A stretch of DNA of 63,333 bases, filler included, from Octopus bimaculoides (taxonomy: Eukaryota): the NCBI RefSeq assembly GCF_001194135.2. It is 4 parts of 4 records of this genome, joined end to end, with 100 filler letters (N's around TTAATTAATTAA, not from the genome) between each part and the next. Parts side by side here need not be neighbours in the genome. Positions count along the whole stretch, not along the records: positions 24,202 to 52,271 come from NC_068982.1; positions 52,372 to 61,098 come from NC_068985.1; positions 61,199 to 63,333 come from NC_068987.1; 1 more part is not named here. One strand, written 5' to 3'. Positions within the stretch are counted from its first letter, which is position 1; each line of letters starts with the position of its first letter. The notes under the pieces are model-generated. The model saw nothing but the letters and a program-made list of their open reading frames with translations, was not told the origin of the DNA and did no database searches. Both the position numbers and the translations under genes were made by a program. This document shows positions 49,714 through 61,620 of the stretch, piece by piece.

Positions 49714-49831
49714 CTCCAAAAGTTCTTGACCAGTGCGTTTACACAAGTCACTGTAACAAGCTCCTTGTGCCAGGGTCCAGATGTCAGTATAAGACAACCA
49801 GCCACGCCTTAAGCCCTCATGAAAGGCAATC
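49714..49831 (-). CDS. CNPPD1: CNPPD1 penultimate exon
   Basis: ttttatttttcag acceptor and GAG|GTGAGT donor, phase 2/0. IAFHEGLRRGWLSYTDIWTL matches the CNPPD1 motif VAEQQGRWRGWYTYTDL (recalled). Confidence 0.92.
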
Positions 49832-50139
49832 CTGAAAAATAAAACAGTTAATAATTTCTTTTTAATGAACAAAGAATATTAGAGAGAAAAGGATTTATAA
49901 CCTGCAGAATTAACCTGTTAAACTGTTATCTATTGACTTCAAGATTAAGTCTTCCAGGGATATATTTCTAATTAATGGACTACCTATCTGTTACAATTAA
50001 TTTTCAACATGATAAATTTTTTGAAAGGTCTTAATAAAATATATATAAATTAATATATTGGTGAATGTTATATTCACAAATAAAAATTTCATACTACCAT
50101 GTGATCAAGATCTCAATTTAAATACAAACATTTTAGTAT

Positions 50140-50335
50140 AGGTGAACTGAAGTGGATCGGAATGAAAGAGCTAAAAGTCAGCCCCAACAGTTGGACACTA
50201 TTTTGAACAGGACAAAGTAGTTGGAAGCTGAATTCAGGACCCTAAACCTCACAGAAGAGATGACAAAGGACCAGAATTTCTAGTGGCATGTGGTTCTCAG
50301 GGAGGAAGAAAGCCCATCCATCATAACAAAACAGA
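50140..50335 (+). mobile_element. RTE-type LINE 3' end, degenerate
   Basis: LEAEFRTLNLTEEMTKDQNF*WHVVL resembles DL..L.L...M..DR..WR.AV. Confidence 0.45.
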
Positions 50336-51252
50336 CTTCTGGAAGCACTGTGTGTGTGTGTGTGTGTGTGTACAAAATGGGCCCCTTGTCCAGTCTCCTC
50401 AGCATATCACCCCACCACGATTTCTCCTTCCTTCTTGATAACCACTTTTCCTTTCTCATTGCAACCTTGAACCATTTCACTTGTTAATATTATTCTCCAC
50501 ACTCACACATTACATTGATCATCCCGCCCCTCCATTCTCCACACCACTGGGCCACTAAATCATCTCTCCTCATACAGGCTACCCAACCACATGTCATCTC
50601 TCTGGTCCTCCTCACTGTCAATTGCATTATCAATTTCATCCTCCTGCTGATAACCTGTTTGCTTCTTACACATCCATCCCCACCTTCCTAAACTCATCCA
50701 TTGTTACCTATATCCACCCATCAAACCTACCGGATTTTTATAGGTGTTACCTAACTCTTTCCCATTTCCTTACCTCTTGCACCCCTCATACACATTCACC
50801 CACTCACACTTCTGGTTTCTCTGGCCTTACTCATTTCTATTCACCTTATACTCTAAGATGCTGCTTGAATACCTCATCACCACTATTTATCTCTTTGCAG
50901 CTACTACTGAATTATTCACATTGTCTCCTCTAAATATCAGTTACAATGTAGTTCTACAACATGAACCTGCTCTACTTCACTGCCTTTGTATCTGTACCAA
51001 TTCTATTGTCACAAGACTAGGAAGCTACTAAGAATTCTCATTCAACAAACTCCCTAAGGCATTATAACCATATATAATAAAAACTCCCTAGTCTAACAGA
51101 TGGAGACCACAGTTTTTGAAATCCTAAACATTAACATGTTTCACATTCAAGACAAGATGACATACAAATGTCAGTTAAATGTTCTGCTTTGAATCACAAG
51201 GGAGACAACAAAGGGGAAATTTAGCAAAAATGAAAAGACAAAAAATACATAC

Positions 51253-51314
51253 TTTTTCTCAACTGAATTCAATAGTAAATTGAACTCTTTTTGCTTTACC
51301 ATTAGTCTCCAATC
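51253..51314 (-). CDS. CNPPD1: CNPPD1 internal exon (end of the cyclin fold)
   Basis: ttgttgtattatag acceptor and AA|GTATGT donor, phase 0/2. DWRLMVKQKEFNLLLNSVEK parallels CNPPD1 DWHLYTDPREIFEVLSWLE. Phases join correctly to the next two exons. Confidence 0.88.
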
Positions 51315-51921
51315 CTATAATACAACAAGAATTACAAAATATTAATAGGTAATTTCGATTGTACCAACTTTAAAAATATGTGACTTTCAGCAATTCCAAC
51401 AACGATCTACTGTGATTCACTTTTATTTCATTTTCAACAGCATTCAAGGGAATGATAGGATACTACAAAAAGCAGCCAATTCTCCTTCAAATCATACCTT
51501 ACTATCTTTAAAAAAGGAAGTCTTGGATACAGTGAGTAAAAACCAACACAGTCACAGCTGGAATTCTTTAAATTATAGGTCTGGTCAAAGTCAAACATCA
51601 ATAAGCTATTATCTTTAAAATGAGGAATCAGTTTTACATCTTAAATTTTTGCAGAGCAAATTTTGCAATAAAGGTAATATAACACCACTAACTTAGTGAA
51701 CGTGCACTCAAACTGATAAACTGACTTATCAAACACATTAAGCTGTAGCCAGGATCCGAAACTGAATCACTAGATAACTGGCCAGACATCACAACTGAGT
51801 CACAATTGTTTCGTGTGATTGGTCTATTACGTAGCCAATCAGTGTCAAGCTATGGTATGATTCAATCTTCTAGAATCCCAGTCTTAACACCTAAACTCTT
51901 TGCAAAATGTCGTTGAGCAAC

Positions 51922-52271
51922 ATCATCATCATCATCATCATCATCGTTTAACGTCCGCTTTCCATGCTAGCATGGGTTGGACGATTTGACTGAGGACTGG
52001 TGAAACCGGATGGCAACACCAGGCTCCAGTCTGATTTGGCAGAGTCTCTACAGCTGGATGCCCTTCCTAACGCCAACCACTCAGAGAGTGTAGTGGGTGC
52101 TTTTACGTGTCACCCGCACGAAAACGGCCAGGCTCGAAGGTGTCTTTTATGTGCCACCCGCACAAGCCAGTCCAGGGGCACTGGCAACGATCTCGCTCGA
52201 AAATCCTACAGGAGCCAGTCAGGCAGTACTGGCAACGGCCACGCTCAAAATGGTGCATCTCATGTGCCACC
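51922..52271 (-). mobile_element. SINE family B (Nin/Deu-like), with internal GTGCCACCCGCAC sub-repeats; cut by the scaffold end
   Basis: (CAT)n tail; near-identical to 42473-42627. Confidence 0.88.
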
Positions 52272-52371
52272 NNNNNNNNNNNNNNNNNNNNNNNNNNNNN
52301 NNNNNNNNNNNNNNNTTAATTAATTAANNNNNNNNNNNNNNNNNNNNNNNNNNNNNNNNNNNNNNNNNNNN
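52272..52371. other. Artificial scaffold spacer
   Basis: 44 N + TTAATTAATTAA + 44 N. Confidence 0.97.
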
Positions 52372-52416
<45 letters not shown>

Positions 52417-52856
52417 ATAGTTTAAAGAAAACAAAGAATACACATAGGATATTCACTTTTTAAATCACTGTGCAGTCATATTAAGTTCTTTTTTGTGATA
52501 TTTCAGCCATTTGTTAGTGACCATCTTTCACTTTAAAGTGCGTTATCATGTAATAAACAAACAAAGGCTTATATATAAAACAACTTATATATAGTGGTTA
52601 TTACATATTGTTCTTTAAGGAAAAATATGTAATGACTATTTTTTATAGTTTGTCTTATATATCACTCTCTGTAAAAACCAGTTTATCTGGAACCCACCCA
52701 CGGTTTTACAGCATAAAATTGTAATGAACCATAACCTTGGACCCTGCCATAAGAATGCTCGGAGTTCTTCACTAATCTAAAAAATACTGTTAGCCGGATG
52801 TCCAACAGAGAGCTTATGAAGTATTTTGCCCGGATTCATAATCCATCACTATTAGT

Positions 52857-52906
<50 letters not shown>

Positions 52907-53175
52907 GAGAGAGAGAGAGAGAGAGAAAGAAAGAGAGAAAGAGAGTGAAGATTATTTTCCCACATAATGTGGCAGTCCTGGTTAGGACGATGTGCAGGAC
53001 TGCCACCTTGTATTGGCAAATAATCTTTACTCTAGAGTACTGTTACTGAATGTCTCTAGTTCAGAGATTTACAAATAATCATTTTTCTATTAATATACAT
53101 GTATATACATATGCATATACACATATATGTCTGTATACACACACATACACACACACATATACATATATATATAAA

Positions 53176-53234
<59 letters not shown>

Positions 53235-53361
53235 NNNNNNNNNNNNNNNNNNNNNNNNNNNNNNNNNNNNNNNNNNNNNNNNNNNNNNNNNNNNNNNNNN
53301 NNNNNNNNNNNNNNNNNNNNNNNNNNNNNNNNNNNNNNNNNNNNNNNNNNNNNNNNNNNNN

Positions 53362-53396
<35 letters not shown>

Positions 53397-53890
53397 TATG
53401 TATGTATGTATTCATATATATCATTCAACCACGGTAGTGGTTGAATATATTCTTAAGTCCACCATTTCGTCAATCGCAGCAGCTTCCAAGCTTCACCACT
53501 AATTCGATTCTCAACTGAACTGCAAACTGTTAACAGTTTAAAAGTGGATTCCTCCTCAGCTACACTTTAGTATAAACAGTTTGAGATTTGGTTAAGTAGA
53601 AAAAAAGTTACATCAAAATATCTGCGACCTCAAGGGGGGCAGTGAGGCACCTATTCACCTTCAATTAACATAAAATTTTTAATTTCAAATTAAAAATAAA
53701 CCTTTCTTAGGCTTAAATGATAGAAAAATGCGTGAGCAATTCAGAATCACTAGTCGCATTGAATAAAATTTAGTAGAAGAAAAGTTATGAGGTAAAATTT
53801 TACAAAATTTCATGTTAGTAAGAGAATCAACGAGTAATGCTTCAGCCATAAGAATAAGGAATATATTTCTAAAATCACTGTTTTCCTTCT

Positions 53891-54020
53891 AAGGCGGTGA
53901 ACTGTCAGAAACGTTAGCGCACCGGGTGAAATACTTAGCGGTATTCCGTCTGCCTTTACGTTTTTGAGTTCAAGTTTCGCCGAGGTCGACTTTTCCTTTC
54001 ATCCATTTCGGATCTATTCA
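53891..54020 (+). mobile_element. tRNA-SINE, family M, 5' part
   Basis: Aligns to the family M head. Confidence 0.8.
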
Positions 54021-54059
54021 ATTAGACGTACAGATTATTGAATTAATTTTTTTTTTAAT

Positions 54060-54175
54060 TAAACACTTTCAAACTTCCGATACTGGCAGAATGTGTCACA
54101 TAGAACAGGATTTACTCTTAATGTTTTTGACAAAATTTTGTATTTTAGAAGTTATTTCGTCAGAAGCTACAGAGT
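54060..54175 (+). mobile_element. Unclassified DNA-transposon-like repeat (partner copy 62190-62331, minus strand)
   Basis: AAACACTTTCAAACTT...AGAATGTGTCA.ATA.AACA...TTTACTCTTAATGTT is shared. The 62-kb copy ends at TTAA|GG (Kolobok-like, tentative). Confidence 0.55.
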
Positions 54176-55462
54176 GACAATGAACAAATTCATGTTTGAT
54201 AAGTGCCAATACACTCTCAGCTTTTGACTTGTTCTCTAACCTCTGCCGATGATATATATACATATTACATATATGTGTAAAAAAATCTCATCACGCAATC
54301 GAATCAATGAAAGAGCCTCTACCTGGTCGCTCGACACGCTAAAAATAGCAGCCAAAGTATCCTCCTACCTAAATCACATGCCCATTGTATGTAATGTCGT
54401 ATATTATCCCTAAAAAGACGGTTTGTTGAAGGCTGGAATGTCTTTGATGATACGTTTGCCGTGTCAGGGTTTATTTGAGGTTAAGTAACAATATTGTGGT
54501 CAATTTCTATATTGACACGCGCACGATTTTCACTGAGGAAAAAAAATTGATTTTTTGCGTGGAATCATGTACCCTGACCTAATATGCTGCAAATCCCTTG
54601 TTTTGGTTTGGAAAGAAATGAGGTGGGGCTTCCCCCCAATCCCAGAATCATTGGAATTTTTTTCGTTGAATGAATTCCTGTGACCTCCTAATATTGCAAA
54701 ATTAGGTTACTTAAGGTGAGCCTGGTAACTGATGGTTTTGGGATCTTGTTGTTTGTAACTTTTGTTTGTAACTTTTGGTGAGCCATGGTGCAACCAACAA
54801 GATGGTAAAATTCCCTGCCATTAATTTCTTGTGGATGGGTAATATCAAATAATTCAATCACAACATATATTTGAATTAAACATGAAAAAATTGAAATATT
54901 ATCATCACTTACATGGAAAAATTGAAATATTATCTTTTAGTATTTTATAAGGTAAAATCTTAAATTATTAATTGACACATTATTAATTATCTTATAATAG
55001 CAATGCCTAGAAAAATCATGGATTACATGGAAAAATGCGAGCATGAAAAGTCATATTCTTAAGATTATAAACCTGGAAAAGTACAGGACAAGTTATTACA
55101 CCTGGAAAAGTATAGGACAAGCTATTACTTCTAATAAAGTAAAGAACAAGAAACTTTTTACTTAATATATCACAGCTAAGATTAAAATTTGAATATTAAA
55201 AATTATTTTATTATAGTTTACAAATTACACTATACTTATTTAAGTAGAATTTGATTTGGCTAATTTACTAACTTAAATACAGAAAAAAGTGACTAATTAG
55301 TACTATAGATATAAATAGTAATACGACTAATCATGAAATTACTGAGTACGTTTGTTAATTACTCAGTAGTTGTTCGAATCACCAGAATGTAGGATATAAC
55401 TGAGAAACTAGGTTGATAAATGTCAAACAGTGCATTTCATGTGTTTACGTATGCATGTGCGC

Positions 55463-55501
<39 letters not shown>

Positions 55502-55970
55502 CACATATGTAACCAGTATAGTCCACACCGTTTTGAAATGTATTGTTTTACAAAGCATAACACTAAGGTTAATAGTTCCATGAGTGATATGGTTGTCCAT
55601 CTATCCAATGACAACTCATTAAGCATATTTTTTGAGATGTATCCAAACACATTTGATATACTAAAACACATATCCACATGTATACATATATAATTATATA
55701 CACGTCTATGTGTATGTATATATATACATATATACATATATAAATGTATATACATACATATATATATACATATATACATCCATTTATATATATATGTGTG
55801 TGTGTGCATGTATATATGTATGTACGTAATATACAAATATATATACATATATTCATACATATATTTATGCTAAATTCCACGTTTGTGTGTAGGTTATTTG
55901 TAAGTGTGTAACACTGTAAACCAATATACACGCATACACATGCACCCGAACTCACACCCATACACAGATT

Positions 55971-56001
<31 letters not shown>

Positions 56002-56572
56002 GTATATATACACGCATGTATGCACATACATACATACATACACACATACATACATACATACAGACAGACACTCAGACAGCGCAAGGATAATATTGTTTCC
56101 ATAAAGACAACGAATTTTAGAGCGACATCTTTTTTCCCACCAATGCTTTTGAAACGATGCTGAATCTCAATTTTTGCCATTTAGATACTGCATATATCTG
56201 AAAATAATATATATATAGTATATTTTTACATATGTTTAATTATACATGAACATTTTCCTTTTTTGAAAAAAGTATCTATAATTCTGATGAATTGTTGGTT
56301 TCTTATTTTTTCTCTCAATTTATATTCTTTCTTTTAGCAGATTTTGATTTTGTTTTTTTCTTTCAATACTGATTTGCCGTAAAGTGGCAAAGTTAAATAT
56401 TTACTGGAAAGAAGCGAGTTGAATGTCTTGGTGTTTATTCTTCGGGTGTATCGGCAGTGCCAGGAAATGAACATGTGTTTTACTTTAAGTCATGACAAAA
56501 TGTTCATAGAGTTCCCTCTCCTTCTAAGTATTCTAAGCACCGGTCTCTCTCTTCTCTTTTTTCCTTACTCTC

Positions 56573-56655
<83 letters not shown>

Positions 56656-56718
56656 ATACATATATATATATATATATGCAATCATGAATGAAGCGCAGCG
56701 CTAGCGTTGTAAAAACGT

Positions 56719-56880
56719 TATCGGCCCCACATACTCAATGTGTGTGTTTTGCTTGCTTTCTGATTCGCTGCAGTAAAGCGCTTTAGGGACGATTCTTTCA
56801 TAACGCTTGGTGTTAAAACACCTGAAAGTCATAGACAGGCGAGACAACTCGCCCCCTGTCCCATCCAGCAGTGACGGACA
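56719..56880 (+). repeat. Unclassified dispersed repeat (partner of 30575-30735)
   Basis: See the partner copy. Confidence 0.75.
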
Positions 56881-57679
56881 TTTTCGTGGATAATTAACAT
56901 CACGTACATGAATGGAACCGGGAACGTTTTCTTCACAGGATTATTAAGACATTTGTTTATAACATGCTTCGATTAAACACTGTAGTACGGTTTAAAATTT
57001 GTACTACTTTCATAGAGTCTACTCTATTTTACATTTGCATAATGCAAATTGCGGTGTTTAGTGCATCAATGATTAATAAATTGGCCTAGCTTCCAACAGA
57101 GCACTATTTATACAAACTGGATCTTCCGGTTCCTTAATGTCCTACTTGTTAATAGAAACAATGCACATATTGTCTTCATGCACAGTGATAAACGAAATAA
57201 CAACTTAATTGAGCTTACAAGTTCAAAAATAGGCCATACTTACTAGCGGGAGGCCACGTCCAGTTATGCACCAGCAACATATATTCCCGCCAGTAGGACG
57301 TTTACATATGCTGGTGTGCGCTTGTGTGTTTGTGTGTGTAATAGGGAGCATGTTCATTATTCGTCAATTTGAAATCATTGTCGTCGAACACACATTAAAG
57401 AAACAAAGCACGAACGTCTTATAGAACAATTCATTTAATATTAGAATAATTTTATTTTCAAGCTATTCATAATTGAAACGAATTAAATAAACTAATAACG
57501 TTCTTATTTATAATTTTAAACATTAACCCATTCGAATAGTTTTAACTAGAGGAATTTGCTTTGTAAAACAATAATTAAAATAGTTTATGTTTGAATATGT
57601 AAATTCATTAAAATATGTGCTTATTTCAATGAATAATAATTTGTTTTTCGTAAAATATCCTATTCTTGTTAACATTGAG

Positions 57680-58207
57680 ATGGTACAAATGGAAATTATG
57701 GCACAGATGGGTGTTAAGGTATCGAGGACACTTTCACACAGATGAACACTATGATGCAGATAGGCGTTATAGCACAGATAGATATTATGGTTAGACGGAC
57801 GTTGTAGCAAAGCCAGGCATTATGTTACAGACAGACATTATAGAATAGATGGACATTAACGCACAGAATGATATTATGGTATTGGTGGACATTAAGGTAC
57901 AGATAGACATTATGGACATTGGTGGACGACATTTCACAGATTAAGGCATAGATGAATATAAAAGCACGATGGATATTATGGTATAAATGGACAGTATGTC
58001 CATTAAGGCACAATGGGCATTAAAGCATAGATGAACACTATGGTGCAAATGGTCGTTGACATAAATGGACATTAAAGTACAGATGGACAATAAGGCACAG
58101 ATGAACATTATGGCATAAATGGCTATTACGACATTAATAGCTATTAAAGCAAAGGTGGACGCTATAACACTGATGGTCATTACGTCATTGACAGTTGGAC
58201 ATTAAGG
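57680..58207. repeat. Degenerate 18-bp minisatellite, consensus GGCACAGATGGACATTA(A/T), about 28-29 units
   Basis: Recurrent ATGGACATTA and GGCACAGATG words at 18-bp spacing. Confidence 0.85.
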
Positions 58208-59334
58208 ACAAGCAATAAACAGATCGTTGACATTCTAGTTTTCACTATCTTCTCCCATATTTCGTAGAATGTTGTCTTAGTAACCTAAATGATTAAGACA
58301 TACTTAAAGTATTTTGGCATAGGGGATTTGATCCTTTACTCGATTTAATACGATAATGTGGTTTTTAGATGTCTTCGAGGTACTGATTCTGAGCTGCTAA
58401 CAATATCTTGATATGCTGCATACAACTACAGCAATAACCACTGAATTATGTTTCGTACTTATTCTCCTACCAAACACGGAAACCTTAAAAAAAGACCAAG
58501 AACTTTACCCTTCTTTTTCTCGCCAAACTATTGAATAAAAAGGGCTCTCTTGTCTTCAGAAGGGGTGAAAGAATTACACAAAATCTCTTTGAAATGGAGG
58601 GACCTAGAAAAGGGAGAAAGAATAATCTTGTAAACACACATGTATAAAACAGAAAAAAATGAATGTAATCAATATAAAGAAGAATAGTGGCCCACTTTGT
58701 TAATTTACAGTACCGGAAGAGAACGATGTAAGATGTAAACATTGGGTAAATAATAATTAGATACGGTAGTGATGATAACGACGACAATGATGTTGAATCC
58801 AGTGACCGTGTCGAAACGCTAGGACTTTAATTTCACTGGATCCAACAAGACAACTTGAATACAACATTGCCACATGAGAAGATCTTCTTGACTTTTTTAA
58901 GGCTGCAGATATTCTTGTACCCGAATAGCGCCTTCTTAGAACTTGATAACAATCATAGAGCTTGATAACAGCTTGCGTGTCTCCAGATGTGGGCTCCACG
59001 GAAAGGTTGTGTACATTGTCCCTATAAAAAGACTTCACCACAGCGAAAGATTCTGTGTAAACTTACTCCACTATCAATAAGGCAACTATCCACGTCCTCA
59101 TTATAAAAATGTGCCTCGCATTGGTGTATTAAGGAAAGTGTCTGTTTGAATGAATATAATTTGAAAATATAGGCGATGACTATAAAAGAGAGCTGTAGAT
59201 CCTGGAACAAAAATCTTATTCTTCAACGTTTTATGAGAACGATAAGTAAAAATATGTCTAACCTTCAATTTTTTAGTTCTGGTGTGCCGCCGAATTCTGA
59301 AAAGAATATAAGTGTCCGCAAGTGAAAAAGGTTG

Positions 59335-59650
59335 CGACGCACTGGTATATACAATGTCTTTAGCTTTCTTTGTTGGGTGGGGGAGCATATATGAAGAGTT
59401 GTGGGTTTCCTACTCTAGAACAGCCTACATACAATTGACAATGTGAGAAACAGACCTCTTCTAGATGCAGACCGACAACCTGCAGTGTTTTACTTTGGGA
59501 CTTGTTACTGGTCATTGCGTAACTGACTCTCACTGGGAATTGCAATCGTTTGAAACGAAAGGGACGTCTGCTGGTACTAGCGCTATTCTAGGTATAAATA
59601 CGATGTCTCCCTTACCACATCCAGTGAGGATCTTTGCTTCGAGATAGTGT
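59335..59650 (-). mobile_element. Helitron Rep/helicase C-terminal fragment (PIF1-type motifs)
   Basis: EAKILTGCGKGDIVFIPRIALVP...FKRLQFPVRVSYAMTSNKSQSKTLQVVGLHLEEVCFSHCQLYVGCSRVG...KDIVY, with frameshifts. Confidence 0.9.
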
Positions 59651-60036
59651 GAGATATAGAGACACAGAGAAGGACGTTTAGATAGAGAGAAAGCAGAGGT
59701 CCGGAGGCGACATCAAAGGAATAAGTGTAATGTATAAACTTAGAGAAAGTTGGAAGTGAATTGAGTGATAGGTGGAATATCTTTTCACTCTGTAAAAAAG
59801 CATTATGGTGAAATAAATAGTACATGGTTTGCTAGAAATAGGAGCCAATACGCCACCAACTCGGCTCCCCACACATACACACACACATCCCTGCATTCCG
59901 TTTTCGGGAAATAAGTGCACAGTCATCTGCGGAATGGTCCAATTAGTTTAATTGACACGAAAATCCTGAAATATTATCAATTTTATTTAGTGTTTCAGCG
60001 GTCAACGTACAAACAAACAAACTTTGCTTTTTATAA

Positions 60037-60075
<39 letters not shown>

Positions 60076-60419
60076 NNNNNNNNNNNNNNNNNNNNNNNNN
60101 NNNNNNNNNNNNNNNNNNNNNNNNNNNNNNNNNNNNNNNNNNNNNNNNNNNNNNNNNNNNNNNNNNNNNNNNNNNNNNNNNNNNNNNNNNNNNNNNNNNN
60201 NNNNNNNNNNNNNNNNNNNNNNNNNNNNNNNNNNNNNNNNNNNNNNNNNNNNNNNNNNNNNNNNNNNNNNNNNNNNNNNNNNNNNNNNNNNNNNNNNNNN
60301 NNNNNNNNNNNNNNNNNNNNNNNNNNNNNNNNNNNNNNNNNNNNNNNNNNNNNNNNNNNNNNNNNNNNNNNNNNNNNNNNNNNNNNNNNNNNNNNNNNNN
60401 NNNNNNNNNNNNNNNNNNN

Positions 60420-60456
<37 letters not shown>

Positions 60457-60458
<2 letters not shown>

Positions 60459-60617
60459 CGACAAGCTTCTTTCAGTTTCCCTCTACCGAATGCACTGAAA
60501 AGGCTTTGGTCGGTCCAAGGCTATAATAGAAGACACATACCCAAGATGTCACAGAGCGGGACTGAACCCAGAACCATGTGGTTAGAAAGCAAGCCTCTTG
60601 CCACACAGCCACGACTC
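60457..60617 (-). mobile_element. tRNA-SINE, family C, 5' half
   Basis: tRNA head (GTGGCTGTGTGG / GGGTTCAGTCCC on the minus strand); aligns to 28245-28410. Confidence 0.85.
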
Positions 60618-61051
60618 AAAGAGGAAAAAAATGTCTAGTGCTTTAACGCTTATGAGAGATGCACCTACGCACATAGAACCAGATGCTATTTTTTGAGACT
60701 TTTTTTTTTATGTGAAAAAAAATTTGCATCTTATATTGCCATCAAATGCGACAATCAACAACTACAACAACGATTTCATCTACATCAAGTATCTAAAAAG
60801 CCTTATAAGCGATATCTGTTCTGTCCCTCAAATTCAGTTGACTATGTAATGGAAAGAAAACAAAAATAATTCACATACTTGCACGCACAACATAGAAGCA
60901 CTTCCATAAACAAATATTAGTAAATAGAAGCGTGTACACGCTCACTCACGCGCACACAAAAATGCACATATCCATACAAGTTGAGCACAAAAACACGCAA
61001 GAACACTATCACCTATACATGGATACATACATACATACATACATACATACA

Positions 61052-61098
<47 letters not shown>

Positions 61099-61198
61099 NN
61101 NNNNNNNNNNNNNNNNNNNNNNNNNNNNNNNNNNNNNNNNNNTTAATTAATTAANNNNNNNNNNNNNNNNNNNNNNNNNNNNNNNNNNNNNNNNNNNN
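61099..61198. other. Artificial scaffold spacer
   Basis: 44 N + TTAATTAATTAA + 44 N. Confidence 0.97.
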
Positions 61199-61620
61199 CG
61201 TGCTTTCGGCACTCGCGGGGGAGCCATGTAGTAACGCCTTAATAGCAGACATTCCGGAAAGCTTATCCACGCATGCGCAGGGACTAGTTCCGGAAGGAAT
61301 ACAGGAAGAGTCTCGTGCGCATGCGTGATCATTCGACACCCAAGCTTCGCGCCCTTTTTTCATTCTCTTTTCTCGCCGGCCGACGAAGAGCCCAGACGTA
61401 CAAGCAGTCCCTCTCCAACATTCCAACTCTGGAGCTAGACAAATAACCACCCAACATCATTGACGGCGTCTCAGCAACCAAAGGGCGAAGTGCTGCCTAT
61501 TTCCTCTGTAAATAAATATTGTTGTGTTGATAGTTCAGAATCTGCGTTCCGTTGTTTCTTCAAGAAGTTTAATGTACGGAAGCGGGTGTACACCTAATGG
61601 TGTATAACCGCTTTCCTACA
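61199..61620 (+). mobile_element. Probable LTR (solo or 3'), 5' end lost in gap; a host promoter is an alternative reading
   Basis: CpG-rich U3-like part, AATAAA at 61511-61516, hairpin at 61580-61613 and terminal ...CCTACA. No PBS follows. Confidence 0.45.

Noticed and set aside
57680-58207. Reflectin gene or CRISPR-like array
   Set aside because: The MD spacing is 6 not 7, there is no Tyr/Arg/Trp richness, and there are no unique spacers between units.
58757-59041. 94-aa ORF first read as Helitron helicase motif SGDFRQ
   Set aside because: The similarity is too weak and the order relative to the C-terminal fragment is wrong. Left unassigned.
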